A program made the translations under genes and the position numbers. Shown here one piece after another: positions 46,491 to 56,008 of a DNA stretch of 64,000 nt (positions are counted from its first letter, which is position 1; each line of letters starts with the position of its first letter). Under the pieces are notes generated by a model that worked only from the letters and a program-made list of their open reading frames with translations, made no database searches and was not told the origin of the DNA. The DNA comes from a virus (taxonomy: Duplodnaviria > Caudoviricetes): the IMG/VR virus record IMGVR_UViG_3300033066_001396, positions 32,001 to 96,000 of that record; one strand, given 5' to 3'.

Positions 46491-46548
46491 CATCTGTATT
46501 GACGCAATATGAACATACAACTACTTAGCAATAAACCAATTATATTCC
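46488..46548 (+). repeat. array-terminal 61-bp repeat, copy 2
   Basis: 54/61 identical to 23740-23800. Confidence 0.9.
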
Positions 46549-46706
46549 GAGTAGGAAATAGACAGTTCGAATATGTAAAGCCATATTACTTAATGGAAGG
46601 ATTTAGAATGATAAAAGCAGTGGTGAAAGGATCAACTCTATGTTGGAACATTGAAGGGAAAACAATAAGTTATAATCAAATAAAAAAAACGACTAATGGC
46701 ATCTGA
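46509..46706 (+). CDS. small protein anchoring the array end
   Basis: MNIQLLSNKPI...; a truncated copy MNIQLISNKPIVFLS* starts at 23761. Confidence 0.65.
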   Translation: MNIQLLSNKPIIFRVGNRQFEYVKPYYLMEGFRMIKAVVKGSTLCWNIEGKTISYNQIKKTTNGI

Positions 46707-46965
46707 CGGATTGTTAAAGAGAGCAAAAAATGGTACTTGCAGAATTTGTCAACGTACACGAAGTACAGAGAACCAGGTAAAGGCCGTTGGCGAGGTTAGG
46801 CATGGATATGCAACTGGTCATATTTGGGAGTGCATAAACACCGAAGACTGCGACAAGGCCGCAAGGGAAAGACTTGTTTCAGGCAAGGTGAGTGGTCGTG
46901 TACGTGGTAAAATAGAAAACGGATTACAGCGTGGTCGATTCACAGAATATATGATTGCAGTTTAA
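46696..46965 (+). CDS. hypothetical Cys-containing protein
   Basis: CRIC...EC....C. Confidence 0.6.
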   Translation: MASDGLLKRAKNGTCRICQRTRSTENQVKAVGEVRHGYATGHIWECINTEDCDKAARERLVSGKVSGRVRGKIENGLQRGRFTEYMIAV

Positions 46966-46983
46966 ATAAAATAGTTAAAGGTT

Positions 46984-47427
46984 ATGATGATACAAATATC
47001 TGAAACACACTGGATCAATCCAGATAAGATCTCCTACATAAAGCTTGACCTGATTAAAACCCCCGACCCGGCGGTTACCCAGGCAAAATATGTTGCGGTA
47101 ATGATAAACGGCAAAGACCTGATCATTGAAAAGCCAGAGGCTATAAGAATACTGCTTAAGAGCCCAGAGCAGGAGGATCAGAACGAAAGAATATTAAAGA
47201 TTTCTGCACAGAAATACCAGGTACTAAAATCCTTTAAAGCGGCCAACAATGATCTCATGATAGAAGCCGGAACGGTATTGCACCGCAAGGAATTTGATGG
47301 AAAAATTCGGTGGATAGCCGAAGAAAATAGCATGATCGAATTTGACTGGCAGAACATTAATAATCCGGAATTTTTTGCACCGGCATCACCACTACGAGTA
47401 TTGCCAACCCCAAATACTGATAAGTGA
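46984..47427 (+). CDS. hypothetical protein
   Basis: Co-oriented ORF. Confidence 0.6.
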   Translation: MMIQISETHWINPDKISYIKLDLIKTPDPAVTQAKYVAVMINGKDLIIEKPEAIRILLKSPEQEDQNERILKISAQKYQVLKSFKAANNDLMIEAGTVLHRKEFDGKIRWIAEENSMIEFDWQNINNPEFFAPASPLRVLPTPNTDK

Positions 47428-47451
47428 AAGTTTTTTTGTTGCCTTTGGCGA

Positions 47452-47688
47452 ATGGAACCACCTAAAGTTATGACCTTCGGACTTAACGACGTAATAGTAT
47501 TTGGAGGAAAGTACAAGGGGAAAACGATATCCGAAGTTCTCTGGTACGATCCCTCCTATATCGTTTGGCTAGACAGCAAGGATATAATGCATTTCGAACC
47601 GACCATATTAGAGGCGGCTAACGAGGCGGTAAGCGAAAGAAATTGCGCCTATGGCGACCCAGAAGATTTTTTTGACCCACATTATTAA
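47452..47688 (+). CDS. DUF3820/ExoX C-terminal-like small domain protein
   Basis: FGGKYKGKTISEVLWYDPSYIVWL. Confidence 0.75.
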   Translation: MEPPKVMTFGLNDVIVFGGKYKGKTISEVLWYDPSYIVWLDSKDIMHFEPTILEAANEAVSERNCAYGDPEDFFDPHY

Positions 47689-47691
47689 ATT

Positions 47692-47967
47692 ATGGATCTT
47701 GAACAAATATTAAAAGAACTCGAAAATGATCATAGCGACTCAGTTGTATTGCTACTTCCTCGCGATTACGATAATCTGTGTATAGAGCTAAACGAATTCT
47801 TTGATACCGTGCCTCAAACTCATATAGAAAGGAGCGAAACATTGCATGGAAATCATATAAAAATAAACGGGCATGAGGTGCATTATTACCCATTACATTT
47901 GGAAGGTTTAAATAGGCATCAATCAAGGATAGTAAGCAAGCAATTTTTATCTACATTGAAAAAATGA
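47692..47967 (+). CDS. hypothetical protein
   Basis: ATGA-coupled to the helicase. Confidence 0.6.
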   Translation: MDLEQILKELENDHSDSVVLLLPRDYDNLCIELNEFFDTVPQTHIERSETLHGNHIKINGHEVHYYPLHLEGLNRHQSRIVSKQFLSTLKK

Positions 47968-49301
47968 TTCAAGACGCATTTGAAGAAGCCCTGGAGCGTA
48001 TTAAAGACGCTAAAAAGGGAATTGTGGCTCCCAGCATTTTCTTTAAAAACCAAAATACCGGCATCCCTCTTTCTTTAAACAAAAGGATGAGGCTGGGAAA
48101 TGGAACTTACATGGTTGTGACAGGTCCGCCAGGGACAGGGAAGACTTCGCTGGTAGACTCGGAGTTTGTGATGAACCCAATACTCGACTGTATCATTGAT
48201 CCTGCCACGTATGCAAATATCTACTGCATTTATCGCAGCATGGAAAAGCCTATAATTAATAAGGTGACAAAGTTTATAGCCTACATGCTTTATCTGGCTA
48301 CCGAAGGACAGGTGATTTTGGATACAGCTACGCTATTGGGCTATCACAACAAAAAGAGAGACTTAACCGATGAGGACATAGCATTGATTTCAGAGCTCAG
48401 GGGGCACATAAACGAAATAGCGAAACATCTTGATCTGGTATCCGGGCCAGACACACCAGAAGGAGTAAAGCAATACATTCTAAAAACACTTTACCGTCTT
48501 GGAACTTATATCCAGTCAGATTTAGAACATGTGTATATCAATGGGAAGAAAACAGAAAAAACCTTCGACCTTACCGATGAGTATGGAAGACCTTATTGCT
48601 TGCTAAGGGGAAAGACAGGGAAAGAAATCAAGGTGGGACATATGTTTAATCAATTCATCCCTACCGATCCCAAAATGATTATAGAGCATGTTACAGACAC
48701 AACAAATAAAATAAGAAAGCCGAAAGGATCAAGCGTACTGGACACATCGAATGACTACACTTTTATTATCTCTGAATTTGTAGAACACCGGGCAATCTGC
48801 GCCATTGACATCAATCAGTTTGGAAAAGAAAGCGAAAAGGATCTAAAAGGCAAATCAGGAAATTCTTTATCCGTAGGGCTGTCCGATATAAAAGGATCCG
48901 GTGATTTTATGCAAAACGCCCAGATTGGATTAAGCATACTGGATCCTACTTATCTTGGCATAAGTCGGTGGGGGGGGGACCCAGGAGGACGATGGCCAGA
49001 CATAGAAGTCGACCGATTCCATGGAACCCTTAGAATATTGCAGATATTTAAAAACTCGGATGGGCAGTCTATGTATAAAATGCCGTGTGTGATGCTTGGC
49101 GAGATGGGATACTTCCAGGAGATACCTAACCCAAGGGAGATCACCGAGAAAGATTATACGGATATCAACAATACTATTCTGAGACATCTAAACCCGTCTG
49201 CGCACAATCAGCCAATACAAATGGAGGCCTTTCAACTTCCAGATAATATGATTATTAAGAAGAGGCCTAAAACCGGTGGCAAGGAACAAGCTCCTTTTTA
49301 A
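47964..49301 (+). CDS. DnaB-like replicative helicase
   Basis: TGPPGTGKT Walker A, YRSME, INQFGK, LSDIKGSGDFMQNAQ, IFKNSDG. Confidence 0.8.
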   Translation: MIQDAFEEALERIKDAKKGIVAPSIFFKNQNTGIPLSLNKRMRLGNGTYMVVTGPPGTGKTSLVDSEFVMNPILDCIIDPATYANIYCIYRSMEKPIINKVTKFIAYMLYLATEGQVILDTATLLGYHNKKRDLTDEDIALISELRGHINEIAKHLDLVSGPDTPEGVKQYILKTLYRLGTYIQSDLEHVYINGKKTEKTFDLTDEYGRPYCLLRGKTGKEIKVGHMFNQFIPTDPKMIIEHVTDTTNKIRKPKGSSVLDTSNDYTFIISEFVEHRAICAIDINQFGKESEKDLKGKSGNSLSVGLSDIKGSGDFMQNAQIGLSILDPTYLGISRWGGDPGGRWPDIEVDRFHGTLRILQIFKNSDGQSMYKMPCVMLGEMGYFQEIPNPREITEKDYTDINNTILRHLNPSAHNQPIQMEAFQLPDNMIIKKRPKTGGKEQAPF

Positions 49302-49395
49302 AAAAAATTAACTAAAAAACCAAACAAATATATATACAAAGATGTTGTATATTACACAATAGGGTTGTATCTTTAACTTTTAAAATCACAAAAAA

Positions 49396-50415
49396 ATGCC
49401 GATCTACAAAGCAGGCCAGCCGGCCCCACAATTAGGATGGAAGATATTGGTTATCTATGGTGACTATGCCAGCAGAAAATCCAGCATAGCAACCACCGCC
49501 AAAAACTCATTACTCATAGACTTTGACGAAGGATCAAAGCGAGTGCATGATATTCTGAATAAGAACAAGTTAGTAATAAAACACGGATGGACGGAGGTCG
49601 AGGCCTTGGCCAGGAACGGCGACTTTGACGAGTTCGACACTATTATTATTGACACGGCCAAGGTAGCTCTGGATCGTTTTCTGATGGAGGCGGTGTTAGA
49701 AGATATCCCTGGGCTGAAAGATACTAATGGCGTACCCAAGCAAGATGCTTACGCAGTCATGTATAATCGATTCCAGGACAATTTGCTCAGCAGGATCAGA
49801 AACAAGGTGATCATTTTTGTTGCCCATGGAGACTATGACTCTGACAATAAAAAGCAAATGCCGGTGGTTTCCGGAAAAACCGGTCAGTTTATTTTGGGAT
49901 TGGCTGACCAGGTTGGTTTCGTTCAGAAAGTAGGCGATAAGGTTTTTATCAACTTCGCCACATCAGGAGCCTACGTGTCCAAGGATCAAGCAGGAGTCGG
50001 CATAATAGAAGTCCCTCATTTTAGCGAGAAGTCATGGCCTACCTTCCTGCAGACTCAGGTAATTGATAAAATAGGTTGGCAGGATGTCGTAGAGACGCCA
50101 AAAAAGAGCGTTGAAGAGCAGGGCGAGGAATTGAAAGCCTGGACAAAAAAGATTTCTGAGATCACTAATGCATCCGGCATGAATGAAGTCGTTAAAGACC
50201 TTAAGGAAGTTTCAATGACCCTGTCAAAGCCAATTGACACATTATTGAGGTCTCTGGTCAAGGAAAAAGTAAAAGCGCTTGGTCTTAAACTTAAAGGCAG
50301 GACATATGAAGATCCTGCGGCGCCGATCATCACGATAACACAGACGCCATCCGAGCCAGCAGGGGTAAAAATGACTGTCATGCAGGGTGAATTTGAACCA
50401 GACAAAAACAGTTAA
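49396..50415 (+). CDS. AAA_24/Sak4-like ATPase
   Basis: KILVIYGDYASRKSS, LLIDFDEG, DTIIIDT, IFVAH, ADQVGF. Confidence 0.8.
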   Translation: MPIYKAGQPAPQLGWKILVIYGDYASRKSSIATTAKNSLLIDFDEGSKRVHDILNKNKLVIKHGWTEVEALARNGDFDEFDTIIIDTAKVALDRFLMEAVLEDIPGLKDTNGVPKQDAYAVMYNRFQDNLLSRIRNKVIIFVAHGDYDSDNKKQMPVVSGKTGQFILGLADQVGFVQKVGDKVFINFATSGAYVSKDQAGVGIIEVPHFSEKSWPTFLQTQVIDKIGWQDVVETPKKSVEEQGEELKAWTKKISEITNASGMNEVVKDLKEVSMTLSKPIDTLLRSLVKEKVKALGLKLKGRTYEDPAAPIITITQTPSEPAGVKMTVMQGEFEPDKNS

Positions 50416-50416
50416 A

Positions 50417-50782
50417 ATGGACCTGCATTATTGTGACATCTCAAAACAGGATACCGAAACTACTCACTACGGAATAGCAATAGACTTATGCGAGGAGACG
50501 GAGGATGGTAGGCTGTGGGTAAATAATCTGGAGTATGGAAACGGAGTAAATTTTTGCCCGTTCTGTGGATTTAAAGCTAAGGTTCCTATGGGGCCGAAAA
50601 CAGGTGACTATAAAACCGACTGGGCAGAAGACCAGGCTAATAAAAGGAAATGGATTTTAATCCAAGAGATTGCCACATTCCCCTTTGCTCTTGGATTAGA
50701 GAAGGGATGGAGCAAGGTAACAGAAGAGGAGGATGAGGATAAATGGATTAAACGAAAGATGTTGAATCAGCCAGAGAACTAA
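50417..50782 (+). CDS. hypothetical protein with CPFCG knuckle (start revised)
   Basis: NFCPFCG. Confidence 0.6.
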   Translation: MDLHYCDISKQDTETTHYGIAIDLCEETEDGRLWVNNLEYGNGVNFCPFCGFKAKVPMGPKTGDYKTDWAEDQANKRKWILIQEIATFPFALGLEKGWSKVTEEEDEDKWIKRKMLNQPEN

Positions 50783-50826
50783 TTACAGTCTTTTTTAGAT
50801 GAATTAAAGCAAAAACAATTATAGAC

Positions 50827-51582
50827 ATGGGAGAAAATACGGAAACCAGAGAAAAGAAAAAGTATTACAACTTAGTAAGCAAGGCCGAAGATGTTGACAA
50901 GGTTAACAACCGGGTCATTGCGCGAGTTGAGAAGGTAGGCAACGAATACCAGAAGGCTGCCTGGATAAAAAGCCTGAGTGGTTGGATTACTCATGCTGAG
51001 ATAGGAGAAATCAAGTGGAAGACAAAAGCAGGTAAGGAGAAGGTAGACCCTAAGTTCGCCTTAGAACTAAGAGACGCTAATGGTATATACCACCTTGAGT
51101 TTACGTGTAATAACACATCCTATGGCCTTATAAATAGCCTTTTAGCCGCTGATTTTACCAGGGAAATAGAGATTGAGGGATATATCCAAAAAAGTGGATT
51201 TGTAGCGGCCTCGGCAAAGTATCCTGGCGACCAGAAGCCCATAGGCTGGAAAATACCGATTCCTTCCCTGCCAAAACCTGTCGAGTTTGAACATCCGGTA
51301 ACCAAAGAAAAAGAAAAGAGCTACAAGAACGTAGAGGATTTCTGGCTCGAAGAGTTTAAGAATATTAAGTTCAAGGCTGTAATGAGCAATCTGCCGTCAA
51401 AAGAATCAGATGCGCTACGCAACCTGGAAGCCACTAAGTCAGACCTTAACCCACCGGAAAGAGAGGGCATTGACTTCAGGGCAGCCAGTAAGAATAAAGC
51501 AGAGAACACCGATAAAGACAGCTGGCCTACTACTCCGCCGCCAGTGAATGATGATGACGATTTAGATAATTTACCTTTTTGA
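50827..51582 (+). CDS. putative single-stranded DNA-binding protein
   Basis: Follows the Sak4-like gene; acidic C-terminus DDDDLDNLPF. Confidence 0.65.
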   Translation: MGENTETREKKKYYNLVSKAEDVDKVNNRVIARVEKVGNEYQKAAWIKSLSGWITHAEIGEIKWKTKAGKEKVDPKFALELRDANGIYHLEFTCNNTSYGLINSLLAADFTREIEIEGYIQKSGFVAASAKYPGDQKPIGWKIPIPSLPKPVEFEHPVTKEKEKSYKNVEDFWLEEFKNIKFKAVMSNLPSKESDALRNLEATKSDLNPPEREGIDFRAASKNKAENTDKDSWPTTPPPVNDDDDLDNLPF

Positions 51583-51585
51583 TGT

Positions 51586-51969
51586 ATGAAGAAGTCCGTT
51601 GTCACCGCGGCAGTTGAAAAGGAAAGGGCCAGGGGAAGGGAGAAGTATTATCGCCTGGGGTACAGAACTCGCAAACCCACTCCAGAAAGGAAGAAAGAGA
51701 TAATTGCCAAGCACCTAAAAAAGTACCCTGAGAAAAAAGCAGCCCGAATAGCTGCCCAACATATCAAGGCACCTAAAGGTAAGGAAAACCATCACTGGTC
51801 TTACAAAAAAGCACACCACAAAGATGTATTGTTTCTTACCATCAAAGAGCATTTTACTGCACATCGGTTTATGATATACGACCAGAAAAGAATGATGTAC
51901 AGAACTCGTGATGGAATATTGTTAGACACCAAAGAAGCACATGAAAAGTATATAAAAAGTTTGTTTTAA
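51586..51969 (+). CDS. HNH-related basic protein
   Basis: KYPEK..A...HHWSY...VLFL...EHFTAH. Confidence 0.55.
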   Translation: MKKSVVTAAVEKERARGREKYYRLGYRTRKPTPERKKEIIAKHLKKYPEKKAARIAAQHIKAPKGKENHHWSYKKAHHKDVLFLTIKEHFTAHRFMIYDQKRMMYRTRDGILLDTKEAHEKYIKSLF

Positions 51970-51984
51970 ATTTTAAATAAAACA

Positions 51985-52767
51985 ATGTTCACGGTATCAG
52001 CAAGTAAGATCAAGACTTTCGACACTTATGCAAAAGGGTCATGGGGCGATTACGACTCTGTGGTCATGGACATCATGGGTATAAAGAAGAAATCAGCTGC
52101 TTTGAACATTGGAAGCTGCGTGGATGCTTATATTAACGATATGCTGGCAGGAGGCGACAGCTACGACAAACTTTCAACTAAGCTTGGATTGTTTATACAT
52201 GAGGACGGCATAAAGGAATTGAATGCATGGGGCGTTGACTTTAAGAAGAAATTCCCTACGTTTACCATACAGCCTAAAAGCACTAAAATATATACCACTA
52301 AATATGGAGACCTGGCCGTGACATTGATGAAGGATATTGTTTACCCTGGTGGAATAAAGGATGTGAAAACTTCCGCCTGGCCCTTGTCAAAGTTGGTATC
52401 CGGATATGTCAGCGACATCCAGGGGTATTTGTATCTGGATGACGAAGAATGTGATTTGATGGAGTATGAGCACTTTAAAGTATCGCATGCAACCAACCGA
52501 GTAAAATATGAAGGAGTAGCCAGGCAGGCGGCGGCGTCACCTGGATACATAACCAATGTCATTAATAACTTTATGGAGTTTGTGATGAAGAATGATCTAG
52601 CTGTGTACATAGACCGTCCGGAAGTGTATAAGATGGATACGATCATTTTCTCTCCGAAGCACTTTCATAAGTCAGTGGCAGCAGTATTAAAAGAAGATCC
52701 TGGATACATTAAATGGATGAATGGAGCCGGGTACAAATTTGACCAAGAAGTAAAAGAACAATTATAA
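51985..52767 (+). CDS. PD-(D/E)XK exonuclease-like protein
   Basis: VSASKI, IGS..D, KD...IKDVKT, QGYLY; C-terminal module resembling 47452-47688. Confidence 0.7.
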   Translation: MFTVSASKIKTFDTYAKGSWGDYDSVVMDIMGIKKKSAALNIGSCVDAYINDMLAGGDSYDKLSTKLGLFIHEDGIKELNAWGVDFKKKFPTFTIQPKSTKIYTTKYGDLAVTLMKDIVYPGGIKDVKTSAWPLSKLVSGYVSDIQGYLYLDDEECDLMEYEHFKVSHATNRVKYEGVARQAAASPGYITNVINNFMEFVMKNDLAVYIDRPEVYKMDTIIFSPKHFHKSVAAVLKEDPGYIKWMNGAGYKFDQEVKEQL

Positions 52768-52776
52768 TTAAAATCT

Positions 52777-52853
52777 GGTGGCTGTAGTTCAGTTGGTAGA
52801 ATATCAGATTGTGGTTCTGAGGGTCGAGAGTTCAAACCTCTCCAGCCACCCCA
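52777..52853 (+). tRNA. tRNA-His(GTG)
   Basis: G-1:C73, GTGGCTG/CAGCCAC acceptor, TCAGA-TTGTGGT-TCTGA anticodon arm, encoded CCA. Confidence 0.95.
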
Positions 52854-52863
52854 AAATATTTTT

Positions 52864-53139
52864 ATGTTAAACGATTATATCCTTAGCAAAGAAGAGCAAG
52901 AAAACATCCAGGACATAGCTGAGCTTAATGCAATCTATGATCTCATGCTGGGCAAGCCTATTCCTGGTGAGTGGCTTCCCTGGGGTCCTAAAAGAGATCC
53001 TGATACCGCAGAAGATCCTGAAGTCGCCAGGAAACTATTGAATCAAATGGAAAACTTTCAAAAAATGAGGGATCTGACACAGAAGAACGAAGAACTGAGC
53101 AAGTATGCTGAAGAAACTATCAAACAACAGTTTTCATGA
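52864..53139 (+). CDS. hypothetical protein
   Basis: Co-oriented ORF. Confidence 0.6.
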   Translation: MLNDYILSKEEQENIQDIAELNAIYDLMLGKPIPGEWLPWGPKRDPDTAEDPEVARKLLNQMENFQKMRDLTQKNEELSKYAEETIKQQFS

Positions 53140-53933
53140 AATATCACAGCACTCTTTTTTTTAAGTATATCTACAACATGTACGCATATGAACTGGCGTA
53201 TAGGCTTGGCCAGGTTTATAAAAATAATAAAAATGAAATAGCCGTATCAGGCATGGCAGCGCAGCTTGATCTTATCCCTGCTGATCCGAATTATAGGCTT
53301 CCAGAACTGCAAAAAATTAGAGAGGATTTTAATTTAGAGATAACCTACGTTAATAGAGGCCAGGGCACTGAGGATACTGGCTGGACCATAAGTTATGGTA
53401 ATTGGCAAATTCTATTGAATGGAGTGGAGGACGATAACAAAATTTGCACGCTATTCAATGAACTATCTGTAAAGTTCAATGTCGAGGGAATATGGGACTC
53501 TTTTGATGGAGGATACGCCGATGAATTTATAGGAATAGCCGATTTTAAAGAAGACAATATGGGATTTCCTTTCTTAGGGGTTGTCAGGCGTTACTACACC
53601 TCTTATGAGGATAGCCCGAAACAAGATGGCACAGGAATTGTTATTACTAGATCTAAAATATGTGCCGGGTTTATAATGGGATCGGTGCGTTCGGTTATTA
53701 ATTCATCTTTGTTTAATTTCCATGGATCAGTTGGGGAGTTTGAGAAAGCTTATAGTGTACATATCCAAAGGCTAACATTCTCCGAGGCATGTAAGAAACT
53801 AATGCACTACTACAGAAAGAAGCATCCCGAAGACGCAGAAGGCATGGTTACATACAAGTGGGGATCACATGAATTTAAAGAGCGTTCTTTTTACAAACAA
53901 ATAGCTGATGTTTTTGAATCAAGAAGCATATGA
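53136..53933 (+). CDS. hypothetical protein
   Basis: 265-aa ATGA-coupled ORF. Confidence 0.7.
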   Translation: MKYHSTLFFKYIYNMYAYELAYRLGQVYKNNKNEIAVSGMAAQLDLIPADPNYRLPELQKIREDFNLEITYVNRGQGTEDTGWTISYGNWQILLNGVEDDNKICTLFNELSVKFNVEGIWDSFDGGYADEFIGIADFKEDNMGFPFLGVVRRYYTSYEDSPKQDGTGIVITRSKICAGFIMGSVRSVINSSLFNFHGSVGEFEKAYSVHIQRLTFSEACKKLMHYYRKKHPEDAEGMVTYKWGSHEFKERSFYKQIADVFESRSI

Positions 53934-54294
53934 AGATAGATGTAAAATAACTATGAAAGTCTTAAAGAAACTATACCTGTTAACCAACTATAAGCCCCTT
54001 AATCTATTGAACAAGGATAAGGAAGCTGTTAAGTTCTTTTTGCGACGCCTCCGCTACATATCCAGCGATGGGAGCGCATTTGAAAGAGCTATAAGAATAT
54101 CTATCCCTAGGTCAGTAGAAGGCTTGCTAAATAACAGGCATAGTTCTTCAAGGACCATAGTAATCCAGAAGGTTAAGCCCATACCAATCGAAAAAAGTAC
54201 ATGCTTCTTGATAGAACTGACAGCAGAAGAATCTAACATGTTTGCAAGTCAATCTTTGCAGGATTTTATTATGATATTACCTAAATGGAACTAA
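53908..54294 (+). CDS. hypothetical protein
   Basis: Co-oriented ORF. Confidence 0.55.
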   Translation: MFLNQEAYEDRCKITMKVLKKLYLLTNYKPLNLLNKDKEAVKFFLRRLRYISSDGSAFERAIRISIPRSVEGLLNNRHSSSRTIVIQKVKPIPIEKSTCFLIELTAEESNMFASQSLQDFIMILPKWN

Positions 54295-54295
54295 C

Positions 54296-54802
54296 ATGAG
54301 AAACATATCATTTAGTCGTAAATACCCATCGTATCATCCAAAGAAAGGGCAGCCTACGTTCTTCGTTGAGAAGATATTGAATGAATTAGATTTGTATCCC
54401 GAAGATTGGAGTATTGGCATTATAAACAATGATGCGCACCATGGGAAAAAAAGCACCACTATCCGTAAAGGACATCGATGGAAAGCCGGTGATTGGTTCC
54501 AGCCTGTGTATTGGGGGGATGATATGAATCCATCGTCTGGCCGCTCAGGGCCATATCACTCTAAAATGGTAAAGTTTGGCGATCCGATACAGATAAAAAA
54601 GGTGTGGGATTTTGAGATTAAAGACACTATAATTCATTTGACCGGATCAGTCGTGCACGTGGACGGTTACTCGTATGATCATACGCTAAACGAAATAGCT
54701 AAAAACGACGGACTTAGTACAGACGATTTACTTCATTGGCTTAAGTTTCCTAATGATTTCGATGGTCAAATCATTTGCTGGAGCGAAAACATAAACTATT
54801 GA
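54296..54802 (+). CDS. ASCH/PUA-like domain protein
   Basis: KKSTTIR....WKAGD...IAKNDGL...LLHW. Confidence 0.7.
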   Translation: MRNISFSRKYPSYHPKKGQPTFFVEKILNELDLYPEDWSIGIINNDAHHGKKSTTIRKGHRWKAGDWFQPVYWGDDMNPSSGRSGPYHSKMVKFGDPIQIKKVWDFEIKDTIIHLTGSVVHVDGYSYDHTLNEIAKNDGLSTDDLLHWLKFPNDFDGQIICWSENINY

Positions 54803-54803
54803 T

Positions 54804-55298
54804 GTGATGGCAATAAGGGATGATAGGCATATGCCCTGGTTGGTTCCTGCTTTTGGTTTGCGCGACCCCGCGCCTGCCGTAATAAGATCATCAATAACAG
54901 TAAGTCGCCTGGCCGCAAAAGACATCGTGATTAATGGGATATCTCTGAATCTAACAGGTGCAAGCGCGGAGCGATGGGATATGGATCAGCTATATGGAGA
55001 GAAGCCAAGATCTATTGTTGGATGGACACTGGAATTGGATATGATACTGGCCGAAGCTGTGCTGAAAGAAATAACTAATCCGGCAATTCGCTCATTTGTC
55101 GTTGATAGTTTTTTAAAGGCGGTAGCTATAATAGGACATTTAATGCCAAATACTTACAACGACGCATTCAGTGACTCCATATGGGCATACAAAGAAAGAG
55201 CCCCAAAGAAACCCATTCCACCTGTAAAACAGGAAATTGAATTTGTACCACTAAAAGCAGATGAATGGTCTAATCGAGGATATTATATAACAAAATGA
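54804..55298 (+). CDS. hypothetical protein
   Basis: Co-oriented ORF. Confidence 0.55.
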   Translation: MMAIRDDRHMPWLVPAFGLRDPAPAVIRSSITVSRLAAKDIVINGISLNLTGASAERWDMDQLYGEKPRSIVGWTLELDMILAEAVLKEITNPAIRSFVVDSFLKAVAIIGHLMPNTYNDAFSDSIWAYKERAPKKPIPPVKQEIEFVPLKADEWSNRGYYITK

Positions 55299-55504
55299 AA
55301 AAGAAATTACTGATAGGAGATAAGCTGATATGGGACCATGGTGCTGACTATGCCATCGTGTTGTTTATAGGAAAATCAGCTGGGAATTACAAGATAGTCC
55401 ATACTGATATTGATTGGAAGGGAAAAATTGTTGTAAATCAACTGCTTGTTGAAAAAAAACACATAATGAGATACAACAAGAAAAATCTATTAAAAATGTT
55501 TTGA
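55295..55504 (+). CDS. hypothetical protein
   Basis: ATGA-coupled. Confidence 0.55.
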   Translation: MKKKLLIGDKLIWDHGADYAIVLFIGKSAGNYKIVHTDIDWKGKIVVNQLLVEKKHIMRYNKKNLLKMF

Positions 55505-55519
55505 CAACCATCACAGGTC

Positions 55520-56008
55520 ATGAATATCTATAACATCGAAAAGAAATACCTGGAACTAGCTGACGCCATCATAGATCAAGATGGTGTCCCAACACCAGAG
55601 CAGGAGACGGCACTGGCACTGAACCGGGAAGAGTTAGAGATCAAGGCCGTAAACTATGGCTATGTAATGAAGAGAGCTCAGGACGAGGCTGACGCTATTG
55701 ACCAGGAGATCAAAAGGCTCTATGAGATGAAGCAATCTCGACAAAAGCTTATCTCCCGGATAAAAGAGACGGTGGCTGAAGCCATGATCTTATATGATAT
55801 CGAAAAGATTGAGATGAGAAACCTTAAGATAAGTTTCCGAGCTTCCACATCCGTAGAAATCACCGATATCATGCAGATTCCTGATCAATATAAAAGAGAA
55901 AAGATTGAGGTAAGTATATCTAAAGCAGAGATCGGAAAAGACCTTAAAGCCGGAGTAGATGTGCCTGGTGCTTACCTATCAACAAATAAAAACATCCAGT
56001 TCAAATGA
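55520..56008 (+). CDS. siphovirus Gp157-family protein
   Basis: IYNI...EIKRL...KISFRAS.SVEI.D...IP...K.EI.K.LK.G.DVPGA.L.....IQFK. Confidence 0.9.
   Translation: MNIYNIEKKYLELADAIIDQDGVPTPEQETALALNREELEIKAVNYGYVMKRAQDEADAIDQEIKRLYEMKQSRQKLISRIKETVAEAMILYDIEKIEMRNLKISFRASTSVEITDIMQIPDQYKREKIEVSISKAEIGKDLKAGVDVPGAYLSTNKNIQFK

Larger units (their letters stand above)
42045..46548. mobile_element. integron-like cassette array 2 (three intact cassettes plus degraded or fused ones on the left)
   Basis: Inverted 15-mers 43524-43538/45284-45298, 45413-45427/46114-46128, 46263-46277/46477-46491; hairpin arms 43412-43429/43504-43521, 45302-45320/45393-45412, 46135-46160/46233-46258; half-sites at 42045 and 42505. 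Confidence 0.8.

Noticed and set aside
22241-46548. CRISPR array, DGR or IS/MITE explanation for the repeats
   Set aside because: No identical direct repeats with spacers, no reverse transcriptase or transposase in the window, and each inverted-repeat pair is unique to its cassette.
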